The translations under genes and the position numbers were made by a program. Below are positions 30,331 through 40,212 of a DNA stretch of 64,000 nucleotides, piece after piece; the stretch's first letter is position 1; every line of letters begins with the position of its first letter. Source of the stretch: Nitrospirota bacterium. GTDB taxonomy: Bacteria > Nitrospirota > UBA9217. The notes beneath the pieces were generated by a model. It saw only the letters and a program-made list of their open reading frames with translations. It was not told where the DNA came from and ran no database searches. Location of the stretch: the NCBI GenBank assembly GCA_963796285.1, contig CAWCKW010000013.1:32001-96000 (forward strand), read 5' to 3'.

Positions 30331-31326
30331 TTACTCCTTTTCTACCGGCAGGCCGGCGCCTTTCATTTTCTCCCTGAAGTCATTCTCATATTCCGTGTAG
30401 GTGTGGACGTGAACGGGATAGTTCCAGGGATTGATGTGCCTCTTTTTGCGGCTGTTGTTCGCCAGGTTGCGGGTCGGGCTCATGAAGACGCCGGCCATGT
30501 GCACCAGCTTGCTGAAGGGGAAATAGGCGAACAGCGTGCAGATGAGGAACAGATGGACGTAGAAAATCGAGCCGATGGCCGCGGGAGGGGTGATCGGGCT
30601 GAAGCTGACGAGGCTCATGGCCAGCATCTTCACGCTCACGATGTCTGTTTTATAAAAGTATCTCATCAGCACGCCCGTAAAGCCGATGCTGAATATCAAA
30701 AAGAGAGGGAAGTAATCGTTGATAAGTGAAATATAGCTGAGTTGGGGAATGCCGACCCTCCTCAGGAAAAGATACAACACGGCGCCGAGGAGCACCAGAT
30801 CGGTCATGTACAGGAGCGGTGTGCCGATCTGGAGAAAGCTGTCCAGCCCCTCGACAAGCTGCACAGGAAAAGGCAGCCTCTCGGTGAAGAAGCGGAGATG
30901 CCGGATCAAAATGATGAGAAAAGACCAGTGAAACGCCAAACCCGCCGCCCAGAGCCACTTCGCTTCCCCGTAGGAAAGTTGTTTGTTTTCCCCTAATTGC
31001 GTTTTCAGGTTCCTGAAAAGAGAACGGAAGAAAAAGACTTCGAGCGCCATCCTGCCGAGAACTCCAAGCATGGTGGAAGGGTTTTCCAGTTTGCTCTGCT
31101 TGATCCAAGGGAGCGATTCCTGTTGTCCGCATGTTGTGGGAATGCGGAACGGCACCGGTGAACTTCCCCATTTCAGAACACGGGCTATCATGCCGCCTAT
31201 GAACAAGAGTACCGCCAGATAGGGTATTATGATCCCAAAAAGGTACTGCGCATTAAGCGCCGTCACTCCTGCATAGGCAACCAGTACCAGCGCAAGTACT
31301 ACGATGAAAGATATTAAGACTTTCAT
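30331..31326 (-). CDS. dsrM: DsrM cytochrome b subunit
   Basis: PVPFRIPTTCGQQ, FHWSF..RHLR, YFPFSKLVH..SPTRN. Confidence 0.96.
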   Translation of the reverse strand: MKVLISFIVVLALVLVAYAGVTALNAQYLFGIIIPYLAVLLFIGGMIARVLKWGSSPVPFRIPTTCGQQESLPWIKQSKLENPSTMLGVLGRMALEVFFFRSLFRNLKTQLGENKQLSYGEAKWLWAAGLAFHWSFLIILIRHLRFFTERLPFPVQLVEGLDSFLQIGTPLLYMTDLVLLGAVLYLFLRRVGIPQLSYISLINDYFPLFLIFSIGFTGVLMRYFYKTDIVSVKMLAMSLVSFSPITPPAAIGSIFYVHLFLICTLFAYFPFSKLVHMAGVFMSPTRNLANNSRKKRHINPWNYPVHVHTYTEYENDFREKMKGAGLPVEKE

Positions 31327-31380
31327 TTCGTTACCTCTTTTCGTTTAGGTTAGCAGCGCCGGCGGTCTTTGCGCCTTTCG

Positions 31381-31902
31381 TTAATCCTGATTGTCAACGA
31401 TGAGACGCGCCTGCTGCAAAAGCCTGAAGGTCATGTTCCTCGCTTCATTCGCCTTGAGTTCGTAGATCTTTTCCCGGCATTTCATGTAAATGTCAAAAGA
31501 GAAGAGGGCCAGGTCGTCGATTGCCGATTCAAAGACCACCAGTTCCTCGGCAATACCCTGCTGTTTCAGCACCTCGTTTCCAAGCTCCTTCCGCATCACT
31601 ATCTTCAGCTGAAAAATAAACGAAAGGGCGCCGGAAGGATTGAAATCCTGTATGGCCCTGATCCTGATGATACTGTCGAGAAACATGGAAACGTTTTCGG
31701 GAATCATTCCCTGGAGCAACGCGTCAAAGAGTCCCTCGATCCCCTCCGAGATGGTATAGCCCACGGGATTTGTGAACTGCGCTTTCTGCTTTTTCAGAAA
31801 TCCCGCGGTATCCTTCGGATAAGTCTCCGCAACAGCGTCGAACCAGGTTTTCAGGATCGCTGGCTTCTTTTCTATCAAATGTTGTTTAAGATTCATGCTC
31901 AT
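31381..31902 (-). CDS. dsrT: DsrT (RsbRD-N domain)
   Basis: FTNPVG, IRIRAIQDF, FDIYMKCREKIYE; directly upstream of dsrM. Confidence 0.9.
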   Translation of the reverse strand: MSMNLKQHLIEKKPAILKTWFDAVAETYPKDTAGFLKKQKAQFTNPVGYTISEGIEGLFDALLQGMIPENVSMFLDSIIRIRAIQDFNPSGALSFIFQLKIVMRKELGNEVLKQQGIAEELVVFESAIDDLALFSFDIYMKCREKIYELKANEARNMTFRLLQQARLIVDNQD

Positions 31903-31952
31903 CCTGTGCAGACAGCGGATAATGCAGCAGCGACCACTCTGGGCTATATTGA

Positions 31953-32366
31953 TTAAAAGAACAAGAGGTGTTTGACATCTTGCATTTCCTTCTGAATGTC
32001 GGCGAAGGAAACAAACTTCGTCTTGAGTTCGGCGCCCATATCCGCGGCCTCGGTAATCATCTGGTCCTCTTTGAGGCCGAGCCGCTCCATGTCTTCCTTA
32101 CATACCCAGACCGGCAAATCGATCATCAGGCAGCTCTTGATGTGGTTTTCAGTGCTGGTGACGCCATAGATCTTCATGGCCTGCTGGTTCTTCACCGCAT
32201 TCAGAACTCCATCACCAACAAATACGATCGTCGGAACAACGGAATCGCCGTCATCCATATAGATCTCAGCGGTCTGGCTCGCAATGGCATGGGTGAGCGC
32301 CAGACGGGGGTTCTCGCTCTTGTACGGCGGCCTCTGTACAACGAATAATAATTTTACGGCGCCCAT
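31953..32366 (-). CDS. dsrF: DsrF/TusC-like sulfur relay subunit
   Basis: LFVVQRPPY, FVGDGV, VCKEDMERLGL. Confidence 0.72.
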   Translation of the reverse strand: MGAVKLLFVVQRPPYKSENPRLALTHAIASQTAEIYMDDGDSVVPTIVFVGDGVLNAVKNQQAMKIYGVTSTENHIKSCLMIDLPVWVCKEDMERLGLKEDQMITEAADMGAELKTKFVSFADIQKEMQDVKHLLFF

Positions 32367-32726
32367 TTACTCACCTCCAATGTGAAGCAGCTTGTCGGTT
32401 TTGACCGTCTTGGCCAAGTACCAGTCCATGCTGGCACGTTTCATTCCCGCCGGGGCATCTTCCTTGTGATAACCACGAGCCTCTGCGCAGGCTTCGCACA
32501 CGGTTATCTCCATTCCTTTTCCGATCAGTTCCATCATCTTTTTCTCGAGGTGCGAGTAATCTTTGAATGATTTCTGCCCCTTCTTGGCCATCATCACGGC
32601 ATTGCCCGAAAGCCACATGTTCACTTTGTGCCCTTTGGCCATCCCTGCATCGGCAATCTTGAATGCGAAATCAAGCGACATCGAGCCGACCAGAGAGGGG
32701 AAAACTCCTAATGTTAATTCTCCCAT
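32367..32726 (-). CDS. dsrE: DsrE/TusD-like sulfur relay subunit
   Basis: KGHKV..W.SGNAV, VCEACAEARG with the catalytic-position Cys. Confidence 0.75.
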   Translation of the reverse strand: MGELTLGVFPSLVGSMSLDFAFKIADAGMAKGHKVNMWLSGNAVMMAKKGQKSFKDYSHLEKKMMELIGKGMEITVCEACAEARGYHKEDAPAGMKRASMDWYLAKTVKTDKLLHIGGE

Positions 32727-32791
32727 TGTAACCTCCTTTTAAATTTTCGATGGACGATCGATGATTCTTCGTTCCTCGGGCTGATCAAATC

Positions 32792-33091
32792 TTACAGCCA
32801 TGCCGTCTTCTCGTAATCGTTCATGATGAGATCGACGATGTCACCGTAGCTGATGACCTTTACCTTGGAATTGACCTGCGCCGCTGTGTATCCCCGCGTC
32901 TCGAGGTCATCCGACAGAACATAGAAGCTTGCGCCGGCCTGTGAGAGTACTGGTGAATCCTTGCCATTCTCCTTCGTCACCGCATGGTAGATCCCGTTTG
33001 CCACCAGGATGACCCCCAGCTTATCGGCTTTCAGTCTCTCGAGGGTGTTTTCGGTCCTTCTCCAGTCGCTTAAAAATACCGCTAACTTCAT
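32792..33091 (-). CDS. dsrH: DsrH/TusB-like sulfur relay subunit
   Basis: ILVANGIY, YVLSDDLETRG, VISYGDIVDLI. Confidence 0.8.
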   Translation of the reverse strand: MKLAVFLSDWRRTENTLERLKADKLGVILVANGIYHAVTKENGKDSPVLSQAGASFYVLSDDLETRGYTAAQVNSKVKVISYGDIVDLIMNDYEKTAWL

Positions 33092-33118
33092 ATTCTCACC
33101 TCCCCAAAGCGTTTTTTG

Positions 33119-33156
33119 ATAAAAAAACAGGGGATAATTTATTCAACTATCCCCTT
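33119..33156 (-). terminator. terminator-like hairpin after the ferredoxin gene
   Basis: AGGGGATAG...TTATCCCCT-GTTTTTTT on the minus strand. Confidence 0.7.
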
Positions 33157-33178
33157 CGTATGAGTCTATGTTGCGTGA

Positions 33179-33364
33179 CTATATTTCAGCTACCGTAATC
33201 GCCTGCTGCGGGCAGTTCTCAACGCAGGTCAGACAATTTATGCACTCGGACATGTTCGCAGGATCGGCTTTACCGCCATCCAGCTTGAACACCGACTGCG
33301 GGCAGACGTTCACACAGGTGCCGTCGCCGTCACACTTGTTTGTATCGATCGATACCATATACAT
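33179..33364 (-). CDS. dicluster ferredoxin with a CxxDxxC first site (7Fe/8Fe type)
   Basis: CDGDGTCVNVCP and CINCLTCVENCP. Confidence 0.92.
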   Translation of the reverse strand: MYMVSIDTNKCDGDGTCVNVCPQSVFKLDGGKADPANMSECINCLTCVENCPQQAITVAEI

Positions 33365-33534
33365 AATTACTCGTTCCTCCTCCCGTCAGTTATCGTACTA
33401 CACTATTCGGCATCACCTGTCCTTCGCCAGAGAGAAGCACCCGGCAACCATAAATGGTCATGGCACCCGACGCGTGGACACAATGCGACCGTTATAGCAC
33501 CTTCCGGTACCCGAAACAGTGGTCCTGAATCGGT

Positions 33535-33870
33535 CTAGACGCAGCCTGTCGGTTTGGGAAGACCGGCGATTTTGCATGCCTGCTTTGCAGGGCCGCCCGG
33601 ATAGAGCTCATAGAGATACTTGGTATTGCCCTTTTCTGCGCCCAGCTTCTTGCCGATCTCTTTCACGAGGATCTTGATCATCGGCGCGATCTGGTACTGC
33701 TTGTAATAATCGCGCAGGAAGTTCACGACCTCCCAGTGCTGCTCGGTCATATCAATACCCTCGACCTGTGCGAAGTAATTCGCCACATCCATGCTCCAGT
33801 CATCCAGATTCGCCAGGAATCCATCTTCATCCACTTCGATCGTTTTGCCTTTTACGTCTACTGTTGCCAT
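33535..33870 (-). CDS. dsrC: DsrC sulfur carrier
   Basis: VDEDGFL; C-terminal ACKIAGLPKPTGCV (both Cys, CX10C). Confidence 0.97.
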   Translation of the reverse strand: MATVDVKGKTIEVDEDGFLANLDDWSMDVANYFAQVEGIDMTEQHWEVVNFLRDYYKQYQIAPMIKILVKEIGKKLGAEKGNTKYLYELYPGGPAKQACKIAGLPKPTGCV

Positions 33871-33970
33871 TGTTTGTTTCCCCTTTCGTTAAAATAAAAT
33901 ATAAATTGGACGCGGTTTCAGCGCCCGTCTCTTTGCTGTTTTTTTAACGGTACAGTCATACCGGTCAGCC

Positions 33971-34336
33971 TCATTTTGTCATCACCTTGATCATATAGAG
34001 CCGGGCGTTCCCATCCATGAATCCCTGCGGTTCACCGGAAGAACGGTGCAGCTTCAGATCGTAGCTGAGGATCGCATCCTCGTAATCTTCTCCTGCTGCC
34101 ATGTCGGAAATGTCCTTTGACAATTTGTCAGCGGCAAAACCAAGCCCCTGCATCATTACTTCACCCACATTTTTGCTCGTAGGATCGACAATATACAGTG
34201 CGCCGCATGAACCGCAAGTGCCTCCAAGAACACTCTCAGTGTTACTGATGTCCATCTTCGACGGCCGTGCGAGCGTTGCCTTGCAGAATGGACAGTGCGG
34301 CTCTCTGCCTTCCCGTGTTCTTTCCTTCAAATCCAA
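33971..34336 (-). CDS. hypothetical protein with two CxxC motifs
   Basis: CPFC...CGSC; lies between dsrN and dsrC. Confidence 0.8.
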   Translation of the reverse strand: MDLKERTREGREPHCPFCKATLARPSKMDISNTESVLGGTCGSCGALYIVDPTSKNVGEVMMQGLGFAADKLSKDISDMAAGEDYEDAILSYDLKLHRSSGEPQGFMDGNARLYMIKVMTK

Positions 34337-34345
34337 TCCTGCCTT

Positions 34346-35743
34346 CTACGCTTCCTGTTCAGAGCACCGGTACTCACGTGCCTTCCTGACCATTGCCTCG
34401 GCCCACTCAGGCGTCCCCAGCGCATGGAGGTGAGTATAGCAGGCAAGAACATTTTTATACACCAGTCCATCGGCTGTGCCGTTGATCCCTCCACCGCGTT
34501 TCATATGATACCCCATCGGTGGCATGTTATCAAGTGTCTTTACCCGGGAATAGTGAAACTCATGCCCCCGGATAATGACCCCCTTGTCAAGGAACGGACT
34601 TGCACATTCAACATGCAGCACGGTATATCCATGCGCCTGCGGCCGTTGTTCAAGAACAAAATCGACCGGAAATACCGATGCCATGGGATAGACCGTCTCT
34701 TTGACCTTCAAACTTCTGCCGAGGTAAATCAAACCACCACATTCAGCATAAATGGGAAGCCCCTGTTCAGCGGCCTGCCTGACCGATCGGCAGAAACTTT
34801 CGTTCCCCGCCAATTCAGCGGCCTGTGTTTCCGGAAAGCCTCCGCCTATATACAGGGCATCGATATCGGGCAACGCAATGTCTTTCAGAGCATTTATGAT
34901 CTTAAGTCGGGCGCCCTGCCCTTCGAGTGCTTCTAAATTATCAGGATAATAAAACTGAAATGCAGTATCTCTAATAACCCCAATGACTGGATACTTGTCG
35001 TCTTCCGCCTGCCGGGTCGTTGATATAACCGGTTTCAGCGCATCAAGATCCGGTGTATCGCAGGCGATGTTCCACAGGGAATCGAGATCAAGGTACTGTT
35101 CGGCTAGCACTGCCGCGGCGGCTATTGCCTGCTCCACCTCGGGATGTTCGTGAAAGGGCGTAAGCCCCATATGCCGCTCGGGGAACCCGCCTTTTCTCTG
35201 GCGCGGTATTGAGCCGACAACGCGCAGGCCGGTGCGCTGCTCAACGGCCTGCCTGATTACGGTTTCATGCCGTCCCGGAGATACGTTGTTGAGAATGATC
35301 CCCCTGAGAGCTACCCCGGGGTCATACTGCTGGCATCCCAGAACAACTGCTCCGACCGTGCTCGATGCCTTAGTTCCATCAACAATGAGCACCACCGGCG
35401 TTTTCAGAAGCTGCGCCAATCGTGCAGTACTGTAGGTCCCCGACCCATCTACACCATCGTAGAGGCCCCGGTTGCCTTCAATCACCGCTACATCCGCACC
35501 AACGGTGTGCTTTCCAAATGACCGCAGGATGCTTTCCTGCTCCATCATGAAAAGATCGAGATTATAACAGGGCCGGCCGGCTGCTGCGCCGAGCCAACCT
35601 GCATCGATAAAATCAGGGCCTTTTTTAAATACTGCTACCCGCCTGCCCTGCTTGCGCCATGCAGCGGTAATACCAATCGCAAGGGTTGTCTTTCCCAACC
35701 CGCCGCGGGTGGCTGAAATCGCCAGCCTCGGTAGCGTCGGCAT
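34346..35743 (-). CDS. dsrN: DsrN siroheme amidase (CbiA/CobB-like)
   Basis: GGLGKTT, KKGPDFID, EGNRGLYDG, ERHMGL, YAECGGL, GHEFHYS; dsr context. Confidence 0.92.
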   Translation of the reverse strand: MPTLPRLAISATRGGLGKTTLAIGITAAWRKQGRRVAVFKKGPDFIDAGWLGAAAGRPCYNLDLFMMEQESILRSFGKHTVGADVAVIEGNRGLYDGVDGSGTYSTARLAQLLKTPVVLIVDGTKASSTVGAVVLGCQQYDPGVALRGIILNNVSPGRHETVIRQAVEQRTGLRVVGSIPRQRKGGFPERHMGLTPFHEHPEVEQAIAAAAVLAEQYLDLDSLWNIACDTPDLDALKPVISTTRQAEDDKYPVIGVIRDTAFQFYYPDNLEALEGQGARLKIINALKDIALPDIDALYIGGGFPETQAAELAGNESFCRSVRQAAEQGLPIYAECGGLIYLGRSLKVKETVYPMASVFPVDFVLEQRPQAHGYTVLHVECASPFLDKGVIIRGHEFHYSRVKTLDNMPPMGYHMKRGGGINGTADGLVYKNVLACYTHLHALGTPEWAEAMVRKAREYRCSEQEA

Positions 35744-35979
35744 TATGCCTGCGGATTGGCCGAGCCTTCCGTATGCGGAATCTCTACGGCAGTTCCGCCG
35801 AAATACGAATACACCAGCTTGCCGCCGTCGATCAGCACGCGAAGCGCGGCCTTCGTTTCAGCCTGGGTCGCCCCTTCCGCCTCCATGGCATTGCTGATGT
35901 CCTTGGGCTTCAGCTTCTTTTTGCCCTGGCTCTTTTCAACAAGCGCGTAAACTTTTTTTTGCAGTTCTTCAGCATCCAT
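35743..35979 (-). CDS. dsrD: DsrD dissimilatory sulfite reductase activator
   Basis: 78 aa, KKKLKPKDI..KAALRVLIDGGKLVYSYFGGT; follows dsrB. Confidence 0.85.
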   Translation of the reverse strand: MDAEELQKKVYALVEKSQGKKKLKPKDISNAMEAEGATQAETKAALRVLIDGGKLVYSYFGGTAVEIPHTEGSANPQA

Positions 35980-36014
35980 ATTCTCACCCCTCTGCTTAGG
36001 TTATTCACATCACC

Positions 36015-36048
36015 AAAAAACCGGCCCCGGTCTCTTACCGGGGCCGGC
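36015..36048 (-). terminator. strong terminator between dsrB and dsrD
   Basis: CCGGCCCCGGT-AAGAG-ACCGGGGCCGG-TTTTTT on the minus strand. Confidence 0.85.
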
Positions 36049-36062
36049 ATGACGTTATACCA

Positions 36063-37137
36063 CTATTCCCACTTGAAGGTCGGGGTCATTCTGAACGTAT
36101 CGCGTGCAAAGGTGAAATCATCGATATGCATCTGAGTGAACGCAATCCCGGTCATCTTGAAGAACCGCTCCCAGCCTATGCGCTCGATCCACTCGCCCAC
36201 ACGTTCATGCTTGCTGTGCATCCTTGGCATAGACCTCTACCAGGTGCTTAACAGCCTTCACAACCTCGGGCCAGCGCGGAGGATTATTGGGAAGGAACGG
36301 GATGGCAAGCTTGGACATGCGCGCCGGTCCACGTGCGTTCGACACCTTGCCGCCGACCCAGATGGAGATACCATCGCCGGTCGCATCCGCGAGCGGGAGC
36401 GAGGGGCACATGGTGTAGCAGTTACCGCAATACATGCAGCGCTCTTCTTTGATCTTCACGGACTTCGCAGCCGGGTTCGGGGCGATGGCACCCGTAGGAC
36501 ATGACGCGATAGTCGTCGGGATCTCGCACTGGTTCGCGATGGTCGCCTCATTCACCTTCGGCGGCTTGCGGTGAATGCCGAGGATGGCAATGTCGGAGCA
36601 ATGCACAGCGCCGCACATGTTGAGACAGCAAGCGAGCGCGATCCTGACGCGTGCCGGAAGTGTCTTCGTAGTAAAGTACTCATGCAGTTCATCCATCACG
36701 GCTTTCACAACACCGGAAGCGTCAGTTGCCGGGGTGTGGCAGTGGACCCAGCCCTGCGTGTGTACAACGTTGCTGATTCCGTAGCCGATGCCGCCGGTCA
36801 GGTGGCCGCGCTTCTTGAGTTCGGCCTGGAGCGGCTCCACCTGCGTTTTGGCGGGAAAGAACTCGACGTTGTTACGCGTCGTGAACCGCAGATGCCCGCC
36901 GGAGAATTTATCGGCGATCTCGCATAGCTCACGGATAAAATCGCTGCTCACGAGACGGGGTGATGCCATGCGCACGGTATAGAGTTCGTCTCCGGTCTCG
37001 GAAACATGCTTCATCGCTCCTTTGTTGATGATTTCATGGTACTTCCATTTCCCGTAGTTCTTTGCGATCACGGGAGGCAAAAATTTGCTAAAGTGAGGAG
37101 CTCCAATATCGGTTATTCTCTTCGGTTTGTCAGCCAT
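36063..37137 (-). CDS. dsrB: dissimilatory sulfite reductase beta subunit (+1 frameshift near 36215)
   Basis: [43 protein letters not shown]; continues [15 protein letters not shown]...TFKWE after the shift. Confidence 0.97.
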
Positions 37138-37157
37138 TATAAGTTATCCTCCTTAAG

Positions 37158-38337
37158 TTATTTCACGTCTTCCGGTGACCAGAATACGTACGGGTTCGAC
37201 CTGGGGGCTTTCACCATCTGCGGTACTGCCTTGAGACCGGTTGAATCAAGCATGGACTTCATGCCCATACGGTCGACGAGTTCGCCGATACGCTCGCGGT
37301 TCTTGCCGTGGTCATCCCACCATTCCCACAACTTGCGGATAAGCTCTTCCAGGTTATCGTACGGCTTCTCAAGCTTCATGAAAGGAACGATGACCCAGCT
37401 CATGAGAGCGCCGGTCACGATCGGGGCTTTGCCGCCGAGCATAATGGTCGCGCCTTGCTCTTTTCCTGGGCGCAACGCCTTCGGCATCAGGTTGATGCAG
37501 TGCATGCAACGAACGCAATCCTCGTCGTTGATCTTGAGCGCGCTGCCGTCGAAGCTCATGCATTTCGTCGGACACATGCCGACGATCTCCTCGGCGATAT
37601 TCATGCTCTTGGAATAATTCTTCACCTCGGCCTGGTCGATCCGGATGGAGTCTCTCCACGTGCCGATGATGGACATGTCGGCGCGGGCAATGGCAGGCGA
37701 CGCAGTCGTTGGCGCAGCCCGAGACCTTGATCTTGAACTTGTAGGGGAACGCGGGACGATGGAGCTCATCCTGGAACTTGTGGGTGAGCGTATCGCAGAT
37801 TTCCATGGTGTCGATGTTCGCGAACTCGCAACGGGATTTACCGGCACAGCAGCTCGGGGTACGGAGGCAGGAGCCGGAGCCGCCGAGGTCCCAGCCCTTT
37901 GCCGTTGTTTCCGCAAAGATGGCTTCAAGCTTGTCGGTCTGCGTACCGAGGAGCACCAGGTCGCCTGTTGATCCGTGCATGTTCGTCAGGCCGCTGCCGT
38001 ATTTGTCCCAGATATCCATAAGCTCACGGAGCGCGCTCGACGTGTAATAGAAACCTGCGGGCTGGTTGATACGAACGGTGTGGAAATGAGCGACGCCCGG
38101 GTATTCTTCCGGGAGGTCACAGTAACGGCCGATAACGCCGCCGCCGTAACCAAGCACGCCCACAATCCCGCCGTGCTTCCAGTGGGTTACCTTATCCCTA
38201 TATGATCTTTCAAGGATATTGAGCAGATCCTTCGCCGTATTACTCTTTTCTGCGGCCTTCTTGATCTCTTTTACGAAACTTGGCCATGCGCCTTTTTCTA
38301 GTTCGTCAAGCATCGGTGTCTTACCATCTTTGCTCAT
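37158..38337 (-). CDS. dsrA: dissimilatory sulfite reductase alpha subunit (+1 frameshift near 37692)
   Basis: [50 protein letters not shown]. Confidence 0.97.
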
Positions 38338-38992
38338 GTTAGAAAATCCTCCTTATAGAATTATCTGACTATACTTTTAGTAAGATTCTGAAATTCGTAA
38401 GACCGGTATCAGGATTCCTTGAAACAAAATACGCTCAATGCATATTCATATTCATCATACAACCTGAGTAATTCGGTTTATTTTATTAGGTGTAATGTCC
38501 CCCTTTCAAAAAAAACATAATAAACAATACAGCATACCGAAGGCGGGTTAGTATGGCGATCTCTTCGGTCATGATTTCATATACCAAGATGATGGCAGGA
38601 GTTGAGATTGTATGTTTAGTTGCTCTTTTAGTCAAATAAATAAAACTAATTGTGCCATAATCATTCGTAATCAACTTTGACGGGGATCTCTCGATTACTT
38701 CATAATAATTACAAATAGTTATGGTTTAACGGGGATACTTTAAAAAACTGTCTCGTTACGAATATCCCTTGGCTATCACTTGTTTATTGACAAAATAATA
38801 ATTAAACCATTTAATAATCATAACGTTAGATTTCTTAGCAATTAGTGTCTATCGTGGGATGTTATGAAACATGGACCCAAAGGACCAATAATAACACTTC
38901 AGAACTTCGCATTCTAATGCTATGACAGGATAACGAATATGCTATCTTTCTTGTTCTTTGAAAAAGAATCATTACCGCACGGCACCCATGCG

Positions 38993-39021
38993 TTGACTCT
39001 GCTGCCGAGTTCTGATACCAT
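38993..39021 (+). promoter_or_regulatory. sigma70 promoter for the OsmC-like gene
   Basis: TTGACT-N17-TACCAT. Confidence 0.65.
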
Positions 39022-39059
39022 GCTGTTGCTTATTCTTTCATGTGCTAACGGAGGAAAAT

Positions 39060-39479
39060 ATGGTCGAAGCAAAAGTAACGTTGCTGAACAATATGCAGTT
39101 TACAGGAAAAGCATCGTCAGGTCATACCCTGATCATGGACGCTGAAGAAGACTCCGGCGGTCGCAACACAGGCTTCCGCCCAATGGAACTTCTTCTCGTG
39201 GGCTTCGGCGGCTGCTCGGGTATGGACGTGATATCCATCCTGCGCAAGAAGAAACAGCAGGTCTCAGGCCTCGAGATCAACGTAAAAGGAGAAAAGTCGG
39301 ACACGGCTCCGAAGATCTACAATGAAGTCCACATTGAATATGTGGTAACTGGCAAAGGCGTAGTAAAGGGGGCCGTGGAGCGCGCCATTTCCCTGTCCCT
39401 GGAGAAATACTGTTCCGTGGGTGCAACACTCGCTAAGGCCGGAACGATCACGCACAGTTACAGGATCGTGGAGGAATAA
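39060..39479 (+). CDS. OsmC/YhfA family protein
   Basis: GFRPMELLL...GCSGMDV, SLEKYCSV. Confidence 0.92.
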   Translation: MVEAKVTLLNNMQFTGKASSGHTLIMDAEEDSGGRNTGFRPMELLLVGFGGCSGMDVISILRKKKQQVSGLEINVKGEKSDTAPKIYNEVHIEYVVTGKGVVKGAVERAISLSLEKYCSVGATLAKAGTITHSYRIVEE

Positions 39480-39552
39480 AGAGTCGGGAAGTAAGAAAGG
39501 TAAGAACACGGGAAACCGCGGGCGGGTTATACTTTCTCAAATTCATCTCATC

Positions 39553-40212
39553 CTATTTTCCTCTGTTCTTGAGACTCTCCAATTCCTTTTTCAGCATATC
39601 CATCTGGACCTGCAGTTCGATAAGCCGGTCCGCGATGGGATCGGGAATATGGATGTGGTCCATCAGCGCCTCGTCAGCGACGCGCTCATCCTTGATCCTG
39701 ACGATTCTCCCCGGTATCCCGACCACCGTTGAATGGTCCGGCACATCCTGGAGCACGACCGAGTTCGCACCGATCTTGACGAAATCGCCGATCGTGATAG
39801 GACCGAGCACTTTCGCCCCAGCTCCAACGACCACGTGGCTCCCTATGGTCGGATGGCGCTTTCCCCGCTGTTTGCCCGTGCCGCCGAGGGTCACCCCCTG
39901 GAACAGCGTTACATTGTCGCCGATCTCAGTGGTTTCGCCGATCACCACTCCCATGCCGTGGTCGATGAACAGGCCCGACCCGATCATCGCGCCGGGGTGT
40001 ATCTCGATGCCGGTGATGAACCGCGCAAATTGCGACAACGCCCGCGGGACAAAGGGAACATGCCTTCTGCTCAACCAGTGCGAGAACCGGTAGAACAGGA
40101 GCGCATGGAACCCGGCGTAGGTAAGGACAACCTCGATCCTGCTCGTGGCTGCCGGGTCCATCGACAGCGCCGCGTTAAAGTCTCTCTGTATTTTTCGAAA
40201 GGTCTCGCACAT
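39553..40212 (-). CDS. cysE: serine O-acetyltransferase
   Basis: [31 protein letters not shown]. Confidence 0.96.
   Translation of the reverse strand: MCETFRKIQRDFNAALSMDPAATSRIEVVLTYAGFHALLFYRFSHWLSRRHVPFVPRALSQFARFITGIEIHPGAMIGSGLFIDHGMGVVIGETTEIGDNVTLFQGVTLGGTGKQRGKRHPTIGSHVVVGAGAKVLGPITIGDFVKIGANSVVLQDVPDHSTVVGIPGRIVRIKDERVADEALMDHIHIPDPIADRLIELQVQMDMLKKELESLKNRGK

Noticed and set aside
36063-38337. Programmed frameshifting or pseudogenisation of dsrA/dsrB
   Set aside because: No slippery sites; same single-base insertion pattern as unrelated genes; all motifs intact
38640-38660. sigma54 site TGGCACAATTAGTTT upstream of dsrA
   Set aside because: The -12 element is absent
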